The translations under genes and the position numbers were made by a program. Source: Candidatus Opitulatrix cubana (lineage in GTDB: Bacteria > Actinomycetota > Actinomycetes > Actinomycetales > Bifidobacteriaceae). Taken from it: a DNA stretch of 33,521 nucleotides. Below the pieces are notes generated by a model that was given only the letters and a program-made list of their open reading frames with translations, was not told the origin of the DNA and did no database searches. The DNA is taken from the NCBI GenBank assembly GCA_031283665.1, contig JAITBJ010000017.1, positions 1-33,521 on the forward strand, given 5' to 3'. Shown piece after piece: positions 1-7,310 of the stretch; position 1 is the first letter of the stretch, and each line of letters starts with the position of its first letter.

Positions 1-1682
1 TCAGAATTACTGGACCGGTAGATTCATATACCTACGCTAATAATGTATATACATATTTAGCTCCACCGGCAATATCAACTATAGATGGCAAATCATCAGG
101 TTTATTATATCTAACACCATCAGGCGCAGTTGCTAATCCTTTAGATGTTGTTGGCACTGAGCTTGATAGACAGGGTTCTCAAGCAGGTAATATCACTGTT
201 GGAGGCACTTCTTTTGTGGGTTATTTGACTGATACTACTAGCACAGGTGCGAAAATTAAATTACCAGCTTTGACTGATTTAGATTGCAGTGTGCTTGATT
301 GCACTTTCACAAATAGCTCTTACATAAGAGTTCCTGTAGTCATTCCAACAGACGACTTTGGTAATTCAGACGCATTTGATATAGTTTATGTAAACAGCAC
401 TTCTGTAACTGGTGCATCTGACACTGATGTTCAGCCAAATCAGAATATAGTTATTCAAGGTGACAATTTCAAATTTACAGATACTGTCGCTGGTCAGGAT
501 GTGAATAATGTATCTCGAGTTGAGATTTGCACAACAGATGCTATTCCTGTTTGTAAAGATGCATTATTTAGTATTTCAAATGCTAATAATCTAAACGTGA
601 CACTTCCTACTTTTGTTAATGGCACTGAAGTTACTATTAGAGTACACAATATTGCTGGTGCTGTTACTGAAAACCAGGGCGTGAAACTTACTTATCAAAG
701 TACTGAATATATTGGAGATTTAACAGTGTATTCTGATCCAAACACGCCTGCTGATAATGATAAAAATATTGGTGCTAGCTGGACTAATTTGAACACAGCT
801 TCTGTAGCGGGCTATAATGTCAAATTATATAATTATGCTGATGGCAAATTTGCAGAAAAAGATGTGTCTGCGGGTGCCACTACTGTAAGATTTGATGTAG
901 TGTTCTCAGGAGATTATTATGTTGTTTTGACACCTATACTATCTAACGGTGTGACTCCTCCAGAATATGCAAGTAGTAATACTGTGACATTTGATTTGCA
1001 GCCAAACCCTAATGCCCCAACATCATTTGTAGATATCAAGAAGTTGAGCAGTGGTGAGCAGGCAAATATTTTATGGTTAGCAAAATATGGTGTGACTTCA
1101 GGTTATGAATGCACAGGTAAAGGCAAACCTGTAAAGGAATGTACAAAAGTTGGTGAAAATGCATATAAACCATCAGCTACAACATCAAGAGCACAAATGG
1201 CAGTATTTTTCCACCGTTTAGCAGGAGATCCAAGAACAGTTGGTACACCTGAGAACTTCTCTGATATATCTGCTAGTCCTATGAAAGATGATATTAAATG
1301 GCTTTCTACCTCAGGTGTCACAGGAGGCTACACTTGCACAGGTAAAGGCAAACCTGTAAAGGATTGTCAGTATGCTGGTGATAAAGTCTATATGCCTAAT
1401 ACATCTGTAAGCCGTGCACAAATGGCAATGTTTATGTATGCATTTGCATCTAAACCATATATGAGCGATGCAGAAGTAAACTCTTATTTAGCAAAGTTCA
1501 AAGATGCAAATAAATTGACTTCTTCTTCTGAAAGAAATGCTGTGGCTTGGTTGATAAAAGTAGGTGTGACTAGTGGATATTCAGATGGCACGTTTAGACC
1601 TTCTAATAAGACTACTCGTGGACAGATGGCGACATTTATGCGAAATCTTTCTAGAGGTTTGAAGTCAAGTTCTGACGCTTAA
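1..1682 (+). CDS. Large cell-surface protein, 5'-truncated by the window edge: Ig-like/IPT-type and FN3-like beta-sandwich modules followed by three C-terminal SLH (S-layer homology) repeats
   Basis: Frame 3 is open from nt 3 to the TAA at 1680-1682, so the GTG at 216 used by the ORF track is internal. Upstream translation reads RITGPVDSYTY...GNITVGGTSF. There are three about 75-aa repeats of the form F.DI....I.WL...GVT.GY....P..(S/T)R.QMA.F. The third repeat has the classical GYSDGTFRP...TRGQMA SLH signature. An FN3-like segment (IGASWTNLNTASVAGYNVKLY) precedes them. Confidence 0.75.
   Translation, partial: RITGPVDSYTYANNVYTYLAPPAISTIDGKSSGLLYLTPSGAVANPLDVVGTELDRQGSQAGNITVGGTSFVGYLTDTTSTGAKIKLPALTDLDCSVLDCTFTNSSYIRVPVVIPTDDFGNSDAFDIVYVNSTSVTGASDTDVQPNQNIVIQGDNFKFTDTVAGQDVNNVSRVEICTTDAIPVCKDALFSISNANNLNVTLPTFVNGTEVTIRVHNIAGAVTENQGVKLTYQSTEYIGDLTVYSDPNTPADNDKNIGASWTNLNTASVAGYNVKLYNYADGKFAEKDVSAGATTVRFDVVFSGDYYVVLTPILSNGVTPPEYASSNTVTFDLQPNPNAPTSFVDIKKLSSGEQANILWLAKYGVTSGYECTGKGKPVKECTKVGENAYKPSATTSRAQMAVFFHRLAGDPRTVGTPENFSDISASPMKDDIKWLSTSGVTGGYTCTGKGKPVKDCQYAGDKVYMPNTSVSRAQMAMFMYAFASKPYMSDAEVNSYLAKFKDANKLTSSSERNAVAWLIKVGVTSGYSDGTFRPSNKTTRGQMATFMRNLSRGLKSSSDA
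1110..1138 (+). repeat. Copy 1 of a 29-nt element identical at DNA level (tgcacaggtaaaggcaaacctgtaaagga), encoding CTGKGKPVK inside SLH repeat 1
   Basis: Exact match to 1335-1363, 225 nt (75 codons) downstream. It contains an internal inverted repeat ACAGGT-N8-ACCTGT. Confidence 0.9.
1335..1363 (+). repeat. Copy 2 of the 29-nt identical element, inside SLH repeat 2
   Basis: Exact match to 1110-1138. The flanking SLH coding DNA is visibly much more diverged. Confidence 0.9.
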
Positions 1683-1690
1683 TCTTTGTA

Positions 1691-1727
1691 GTAAAGTAAA
1701 CTCTTTTTCAGAGTTTCTTTACTTTTT
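1691..1727 (+). terminator. Rho-independent terminator after the surface-protein gene
   Basis: GTAAAGTAAACTCT (1691-1704) pairs with AGAGTTTCTTTAC (1710-1722). This gives a 13-bp stem with one bulged T and a 5-nt loop, followed by TTTTT (1723-1727). Confidence 0.6.
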
Positions 1728-1742
1728 CGGCTTCGTTTAGTG

Positions 1743-1748
1743 TATAAT
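1743..1748 (+). promoter_or_regulatory. Putative -10 box (TATAAT) for deoD, a leadered transcript
   Basis: A consensus TATAAT lies 38 nt upstream of the deoD ATG. The leader carries a Shine-Dalgarno-like AAGGAAA just before the ATG. Confidence 0.4.
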
Positions 1749-1786
1749 AGTTATGTAAGATACTTTATTAGCGAAAGGAAAAATTC

Positions 1787-2512
1787 ATGGCTACACCACA
1801 TAACGAAGGCGAAAAAGGAGACTATGCAAAGACGGTTCTTATGCCGGGAGACCCTCTAAGAGCAAAGTTTATAGCAGAAACTTTTTTGGAGAATCCAAAG
1901 CTTATAAATAGCGTTAGAAACTGCCTAGGATACACAGGAGAATATAAAGGCAAAAAAGTTTCTGTAATGGCAAGCGGCATGGGTATGCCATCTATTGGCA
2001 TTTATTCTTATGAGCTTTTCACTCACTATGATGTAGATAATATAATAAGAATAGGATCTGCAGGAAGCTATTCTCCATCTTTAGATATTTATGATGTGGC
2101 AATAGCGTCAGACGCTTATTCAGAGAGTTCTTTCACCCATGTTCAAAGAGGTGAAAAATCTGATATTTTGAAAGGCAGCGATGAGTTGAATAAAGTATTA
2201 GAAGAGTCGGCGAAAGAACTAGGGTATCCTGTAAAACTTTGCCGCTATCATTCGTCAGATGTTTTCTATAGAGAAGCAGACTCTGATCCAAAGCCTGCAT
2301 GGGAGCGCCTGAGAGATGAAAAAGGATGCGAATGTGTAGAAATGGAATCGTTTGCATTGTTCAATAATGCTGCTGCCACAGGCAAAAATGCTGCAGCAAT
2401 TGTAACTATTTCAGATTCATTTGTTTCTAAAAAAGAGACTACTAGCGAAGAGAGACAAAACTCTTTCACCCGTATGATGGAAATAGCATTAGAAACTGCT
2501 ATCAAATTATAA
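1787..2512 (+). CDS. deoD: Purine nucleoside phosphorylase, DeoD type
   Basis: 241 aa. N-terminus TPH..GEKGDYAKTVLMPGDPLRAKFIAETFLENP and GMGMPSIGIYSYEL, RIGSAGS, VEMESFALF are typical of hexameric PNP/DeoD. Confidence 0.9.
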   Translation: MATPHNEGEKGDYAKTVLMPGDPLRAKFIAETFLENPKLINSVRNCLGYTGEYKGKKVSVMASGMGMPSIGIYSYELFTHYDVDNIIRIGSAGSYSPSLDIYDVAIASDAYSESSFTHVQRGEKSDILKGSDELNKVLEESAKELGYPVKLCRYHSSDVFYREADSDPKPAWERLRDEKGCECVEMESFALFNNAAATGKNAAAIVTISDSFVSKKETTSEERQNSFTRMMEIALETAIKL

Positions 2513-2584
2513 TACGATATTATTCTGAATACAGGGTGCCATTTATCTAACAATTTTGGCGTATATATTCATATACCTGCGTGT

Positions 2585-3763
2585 TTGAAACGCTGCGGAT
2601 ATTGTGATTTTTTATCTTTTGCAGTATCACCTGCTCCACATTCTGTTTTGCATTCCGCCACTTCTGCTATATCTGGTTCCGTTTCCCGCTCGGACTTGTC
2701 TATAGATGGTTTTAGTCTTGCAGAGTATACAAATGCTCTGATTAGAGAAATTGAAAACCGAGGCAAAAGCTATAGAGAAAAACTTGCTAAAGAGAATATC
2801 AAATCCTGTAAAACAGTGTTTTTTGGAGGCGGAACTCCCTCGCTTTTGCCTCCTGATGGCATAAAGCGTATAATAGATGCAATTGCTAACGTTTTTACTT
2901 TGGAAGCAGATGCTGAAATCACTTTAGAGGCAAACCCTGATACAATTTCAGGCGACTATTTAAAACAGATTAAGGCTGCAGGCGTAAATCGTCTTTCGCT
3001 AGGTGTTCAAAGTTTCAATCAGGAAATGCTTGATATATTAGACAGAACTCATAATCCACAAAATGTATTTACTGCTTTGGATTTTGCTAATAATTTGGGG
3101 TTTAAAACTTCTATAGACCTGATATATGGCATTCCGAATATGACAAAGGCTATATGGGAAGATACTTTGAACGCTGCTATAAATCTGGATTTGAAACATA
3201 TTTCGCTTTATGCCTTAACTCTTGAAAAGAATGTGCCTCTTTTTCAAGCGGTTCGAAAAGGAAAATATACGCTGATAGATGATGCTGAAGTGGCTACTCA
3301 ATATGAGACAGCTGATGCTTTTTTATCTAAAGCAGGCTTTTCTTGGTATGAGATTTCATCATTTTCTAGAGGTCCTGATTTTCAATGTGAGCATAATTTA
3401 GGATATTGGCGAGGCGGCAGCTGGTTAGGAATTGGTGCAGGTGCTGCATCATCAGTGGGAAATCTTAGAGAGACTAACGCCCGCCGCCTCGCAGATTATA
3501 TTGCTGGCAAACCGCCTAAAAAGTCAACTCTAAACCCAGAGGAAATTGAGTTTGAGAAGAAAATGCTATTTACAAGGACTAGTGGCGGTTTGCCAATAGC
3601 TAATGCATCAAAGCAAATAATCTTACGAGAAGCACTAGATGCAAAAATAGTAGATATGCTTTTGAGTGAAAATCTGATAGACAGCAAAAAAGCTGAAGAG
3701 GGTTTACTTGTTTTGACTCTAAAGGGTAGACTGCTTCATAATGAAATTGTGAAATTATTATAA
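2585..3763 (+). CDS. hemW: Radical SAM heme chaperone HemW / oxygen-independent coproporphyrinogen-III oxidase-like protein. The true N-terminus is probably at about 2519-2525.
   Basis: The CxxxCxxC motif reads C(2582-2584)-LKR-C-GY-C with the preceding FGVYIHIPAC. Also present are GGGTPS, LEANPDT, NRLSLGVQSF and the HemN_C-like tail. The first motif Cys lies 1 codon upstream of the TTG chosen in the ORF track. Confidence 0.85.
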   Translation: MKRCGYCDFLSFAVSPAPHSVLHSATSAISGSVSRSDLSIDGFSLAEYTNALIREIENRGKSYREKLAKENIKSCKTVFFGGGTPSLLPPDGIKRIIDAIANVFTLEADAEITLEANPDTISGDYLKQIKAAGVNRLSLGVQSFNQEMLDILDRTHNPQNVFTALDFANNLGFKTSIDLIYGIPNMTKAIWEDTLNAAINLDLKHISLYALTLEKNVPLFQAVRKGKYTLIDDAEVATQYETADAFLSKAGFSWYEISSFSRGPDFQCEHNLGYWRGGSWLGIGAGAASSVGNLRETNARRLADYIAGKPPKKSTLNPEEIEFEKKMLFTRTSGGLPIANASKQIILREALDAKIVDMLLSENLIDSKKAEEGLLVLTLKGRLLHNEIVKLL

Positions 3764-3769
3764 AATGTA

Positions 3770-3775
3770 TATAAT
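3770..3775 (+). promoter_or_regulatory. -10 box TATAAT exactly 6 nt upstream of the ATG at 3782 (leaderless-type promoter)
   Basis: The sequence reads TATAAT-taaaat-ATG. There is no room for a Shine-Dalgarno sequence. Confidence 0.5.
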
Positions 3776-3781
3776 TAAAAT

Positions 3782-4591
3782 ATGATACAAAATCAGAAAT
3801 CAAATCATATAAATTCAAAACATAAAAACTCAAAAAAAGATTTTGTTTTCAAATATGGATCTATCTATAATGAGGACTTTGAATCAGGCTCAAAACATCT
3901 AAAGCGGCAAAATGTAGAGGTGGAATTAGTAATAGCAGAGCCGCAGTTGAGAAACAGCAAATCATCATTTTCAAAAAAGAGCAATTTAGCTTCTGCGCCC
4001 TGGGTGACTTCCGCAGCGTCTTTGCTGAAAAAGGGCGGAAGTTTTTTATGTATATGCTCCCCAGAGCAGGTAGATAGTGTTTTATCAGCCGCGAAAAAAG
4101 CGCGTTTACAATATAAAGATATTCTTATTTTTGAAAACCTTTCCCCGTTAGTAGATAAAAATGTTATAGATAAAACGGTAAATGATAAAAAAGCTGAAAA
4201 TCGCAGAAGCAGTAGCGGTAGAAACCAAAAGAAATTTTTCACATCATCTGCATCTATTATTTTATGGTTTATAAAACCTGGAGAAAAAGTGTATTTCAAT
4301 AAAAGCGGTTTATCATATGTGAGTCCGGTTATAAAGTCTTCGTATGATGTTGATTTTGATAAATATGATGAAAGAATATCTTTTTTTCAAAAGCCTATAA
4401 AACTCTATGAGCGTTTGCTAAAGCTTTTTACTAAAATAAATGATACTGTTTTATATCTGAATGCTAATTCAGGATCAGGAATTATTGCAGCACTTATTTT
4501 GAAACGGAATTATTTAGCTTTTGAAAAAAATGTTAAGGTTTATGAGAACACTAGGGGCAGGATTGAAAAATTTAAACACTCTAATAGTTAA
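3782..4591 (+). CDS. Beta-class N4/N6 amino-methyltransferase (N6_N4_Mtase fold) homologue with degenerate catalytic and SAM motifs. Function is unknown and it is possibly catalytically inactive.
   Basis: The motif order matches beta-class MTases. VELVIAEPQL stands in place of D(L/I)I.(T/A)DPPY (3935-3949). LLKKGGSFLCI stands for RVLKPGGS. FFQKPIKLYERLL stands for HPTQKP..L.ERLI. VLYLNANSGSGIIAA stands for VLDPF.GSGTT. The ending YLAFEKN stands for IGIE. Confidence 0.6.
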   Translation: MIQNQKSNHINSKHKNSKKDFVFKYGSIYNEDFESGSKHLKRQNVEVELVIAEPQLRNSKSSFSKKSNLASAPWVTSAASLLKKGGSFLCICSPEQVDSVLSAAKKARLQYKDILIFENLSPLVDKNVIDKTVNDKKAENRRSSSGRNQKKFFTSSASIILWFIKPGEKVYFNKSGLSYVSPVIKSSYDVDFDKYDERISFFQKPIKLYERLLKLFTKINDTVLYLNANSGSGIIAALILKRNYLAFEKNVKVYENTRGRIEKFKHSNS

Positions 4592-5777
4592 AATCTTTTT
4601 GCCTGCAGCTCTTTATGAAATAGCAATAGGCGCTATCACACCTATGATAGCTATAGCAGCTTTGAATTTGCAGGCAAGTGTAGCAGTAGCATCTGTGGTA
4701 GCCGCTTTACTTGGTGTGGGTCAAATAGTAGGAGATATTCCGGCTGGTAAATTAGCTACAGCACATGGGGACAGGCTTGCAATGATTTATGGGTCGCTCG
4801 GTTCATTTGTATGCCTTGTACTATGCTTTTTTGCACCAAACTATTTTATTTTAGGCTTGGGTATATTTTTCATAGGAGGTATAAATGCTATATTTATGCT
4901 CGCTCGTCAAGGTTATGTGATAGAAATCACTCCAGAAAAATATACATCTCGTGCTCTTTCCACATTAGGAGGTATGACGCGAATAGGGCTTTTGGCAGGT
5001 CCTTTTTTAGGTTCTGCTACTATATCTGTTTGGGGTCTGAATTCGATTTATATTTTGTCAATAATAATAGTGGTGCTTACTCTTATCACGCTTTTAGCAT
5101 TTACAGATGTTGATAGTAAAACAGGTAAAAAGTTTGCCAAAAGCGGTGCAAAAAAGCGTAAAGTTGAGCAGAAGAATATATCATCAAGATGGATTTTTCA
5201 AACTCATAGAAATATATTTTTCACACTTGGTTTAACTATTTTGATAATAGGAGCTATAAGAGCTATTCGTCAGGTTGGAATACCTTTATGGAGCCAGTCC
5301 CAAGGAATAAGCGAATCAGATGTGAGCCTGATATTTGGCATATCATCACTTTTTGACTGTTTATTATTTTATCCATCTGCTTTGATAATGGACCACTTTG
5401 GAAGACTTTGGAGCTCGGTTCCGTCTATGCTTATTATGGCTGCGGGGCTGGCGTGGCTTCCTTTTACGCATAGTTTTGCAAGCATTTGCATCTGTTCTAT
5501 AGTTATAGGAATTGGAAACGGTTTAGGCACAGGAATAATTATGACTCTTGCAGCAGATGTGGCGCCGCCAGAATATAGAGCAAATTTTTTGGGACTTTGG
5601 CGTATATTTTCTGATTCAGGCAATGCTATAGGACCTTTATTAGTTTCTGTGGGCACTACAGCTTTAACCCTTGGAACTACTATTTTTATTTCATCATTTT
5701 TAGGAGTGGCAGCTGTGATTATGCTTTTTATTTTTGCACCGAAATACTCTAAAAAAGCAAACTTAGTTCATATTTAA
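4521..5777 (+). CDS. MFS transporter
   Basis: It has 12 predicted hydrophobic segments, an MFS motif-A-like GKLATAHGDRLAM after TM2, and a basic central loop. Candidate starts are TTG 4521, ATG 4530 and ATG 4542. All of them overlap the upstream gene by 50-71 nt. Confidence 0.8.
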   Translation: MKKMLRFMRTLGAGLKNLNTLIVKIFLPAALYEIAIGAITPMIAIAALNLQASVAVASVVAALLGVGQIVGDIPAGKLATAHGDRLAMIYGSLGSFVCLVLCFFAPNYFILGLGIFFIGGINAIFMLARQGYVIEITPEKYTSRALSTLGGMTRIGLLAGPFLGSATISVWGLNSIYILSIIIVVLTLITLLAFTDVDSKTGKKFAKSGAKKRKVEQKNISSRWIFQTHRNIFFTLGLTILIIGAIRAIRQVGIPLWSQSQGISESDVSLIFGISSLFDCLLFYPSALIMDHFGRLWSSVPSMLIMAAGLAWLPFTHSFASICICSIVIGIGNGLGTGIIMTLAADVAPPEYRANFLGLWRIFSDSGNAIGPLLVSVGTTALTLGTTIFISSFLGVAAVIMLFIFAPKYSKKANLVHI

Positions 5778-5801
5778 TCCGTTTTACTTTTTAGCCTTTT
5801 A

Positions 5802-5810
5802 TGATAAACT
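5802..5810 (+). promoter_or_regulatory. Extended -10 box TGATAAACT upstream of rpoZ, a leadered transcript
   Basis: It uses the same TGA-TAAACT word as the leaderless promoters in this window, but here it lies 21 nt from the ATG. An AAAGGGTG Shine-Dalgarno-like sequence lies in between. Confidence 0.4.
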
Positions 5811-5831
5811 TATATTAGAAAGGGTGAATAA

Positions 5832-6098
5832 ATGACAGGCACTATTCCACAACCAGAGGGATTATCAAATCCACCAATTGACGAGTTATTAGAGAAGACA
5901 GATTCTAAATATGCTTTAGCGTCTTTCTCAGCAGCAAGAGCTAAACAGATTAATTCTTATTTCGCCCAGCTTCAAGAGGGTTTACTTGAAAGTGTAGGAC
6001 CTATGATAGATAAAGAGGAAATGAGTGATGACAAATCTTTATCTATAGCTATGAAAGAGATTAATAAAGGTATTATAGATTTATTCCCAGGCAAATAA
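5832..6098 (+). CDS. rpoZ: DNA-directed RNA polymerase subunit omega
   Basis: 88 aa. NPPIDELLEKTDSKYALASFSAARAKQINSYF...GLLESVGP matches actinobacterial RpoZ. It sits immediately upstream of metK, as in Actinobacteria. Confidence 0.9.
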   Translation: MTGTIPQPEGLSNPPIDELLEKTDSKYALASFSAARAKQINSYFAQLQEGLLESVGPMIDKEEMSDDKSLSIAMKEINKGIIDLFPGK

Positions 6099-6101
6099 TT
6101 T

Positions 6102-7310
6102 ATGACACGACTTGTAACTAGCGAGTCTGTCACTTGCGGGCATCCTGATAAAGTTTGTGATCAAATTTCTGATGCTATTTTGACTCAGATTCTAAAAAAT
6201 GATAAAAATGCTCGTGTAGCTGTTGAAACATTTGTAACATCTGGTTTAGTATCAGTGATGGGCGAAATATCTACTGATTATTATGTGGAAATAGAAAACA
6301 TTGTTAGGCAGACTCTGAAAAAGATAGGCTATAATTCATCAAGAGTAGGTTTTGATTATGAATCTTGCGGTGTGCTAGTTTCTATAGATTCACAATCGCC
6401 TGATATATCTCAAGGCGTAGATCAAATAAAAGATATTGATCATAAGCGACAGGCTAAATCATCTTTAAATTATTTAGGTGCTGGAGACCAGGGAATTATG
6501 TTTGGATATGCAAACTGTGAAACAGATGAACTTTTTCCCCTAGCTCCTAAAATTGCAAATGAATTAGCTTTGCAATTAGTAAAAGTTCGTGAAGAGGGCA
6601 CTGTTGAAAATCTACGCCCTGATGGCAAAACTCAAATCACTTTAGAATATGATGGTAAAAAAGCTAGAGCTGTTAAAACAGTAGTTATATCTGCGCAACA
6701 TAATGAAAATGTAAATGAAAAAACTCTGAAAAATGAAATACTTAAATCTGTAGTTCGCCCTGTGCTAGATAAATATAATTTTAGCAAATATAATTTAGAT
6801 ACGAGCAACTTTGATTTTATTTTCAATCCTACAGGAAAGTTTATAATCGGGGGCCCAAGAGCTGATACAGGCTTGACCGGTAGAAAAATAATTGTAGACA
6901 CTTATGGAGGTATAGCTCATCACGGAGGTGGAGCGTTTTCAGGAAAGGACCCATCAAAGGTTGATAGAAGCGCATCATACGCTTTGCGGTGGATTGCAAA
7001 AAATGTGGTAGCGGCAGATCTTGCAAAAGAGGTAGAGCTGCAGGTGAGTTATGCAATAGGCATTGCTGAACCTGTTAGTTTGAATATAGACACATTTGGT
7101 ACAGGTTTAATTTCTGACGATAAGATTTTACAAGGAGTGAAAAAAGTTTTTGATCTTCGCCCTGCAGCAATAATTCGTGATTTGGATTTGCTAAATGTTG
7201 ACTATACTCAAACATCTGTTTTTGGACATTTTGGTAGATCAGATGTTAGCTTTTCGTGGGAGGAATGTAATAGAGTAAATGAATTAAAAGATGCGTGCAG
7301 AAGTTTTTGA
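6102..7310 (+). CDS. metK: S-adenosylmethionine synthetase
   Basis: 402 aa with SESV..GHPDK.CDQISDA, GAGDQG.MFGYA, GGPRADTGLTGRKIIVDTYGG, GGGAFSGKDPSKVDRS and the FGHFGR tail. Confidence 0.97.
   Translation: MTRLVTSESVTCGHPDKVCDQISDAILTQILKNDKNARVAVETFVTSGLVSVMGEISTDYYVEIENIVRQTLKKIGYNSSRVGFDYESCGVLVSIDSQSPDISQGVDQIKDIDHKRQAKSSLNYLGAGDQGIMFGYANCETDELFPLAPKIANELALQLVKVREEGTVENLRPDGKTQITLEYDGKKARAVKTVVISAQHNENVNEKTLKNEILKSVVRPVLDKYNFSKYNLDTSNFDFIFNPTGKFIIGGPRADTGLTGRKIIVDTYGGIAHHGGGAFSGKDPSKVDRSASYALRWIAKNVVAADLAKEVELQVSYAIGIAEPVSLNIDTFGTGLISDDKILQGVKKVFDLRPAAIIRDLDLLNVDYTQTSVFGHFGRSDVSFSWEECNRVNELKDACRSF

Noticed and set aside
3865-4299. A 144-aa minus-strand ORF antisense to the MTase-like gene.
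   Set aside because: It lies wholly inside a plus-strand ORF that shows collinear methyltransferase motifs. Its product is low-complexity (F/L/K-rich), as expected from reading an A-rich coding strand backwards.
5778-6101. A possible SAM riboswitch upstream of metK, or a purine riboswitch upstream of the NCS2 permease (20275-20354).
   Set aside because: metK starts 3 nt after rpoZ, and the rpoZ leader is only about 20 nt. The permease appears leaderless. Neither has the roughly 100 nt of structured leader a riboswitch needs.
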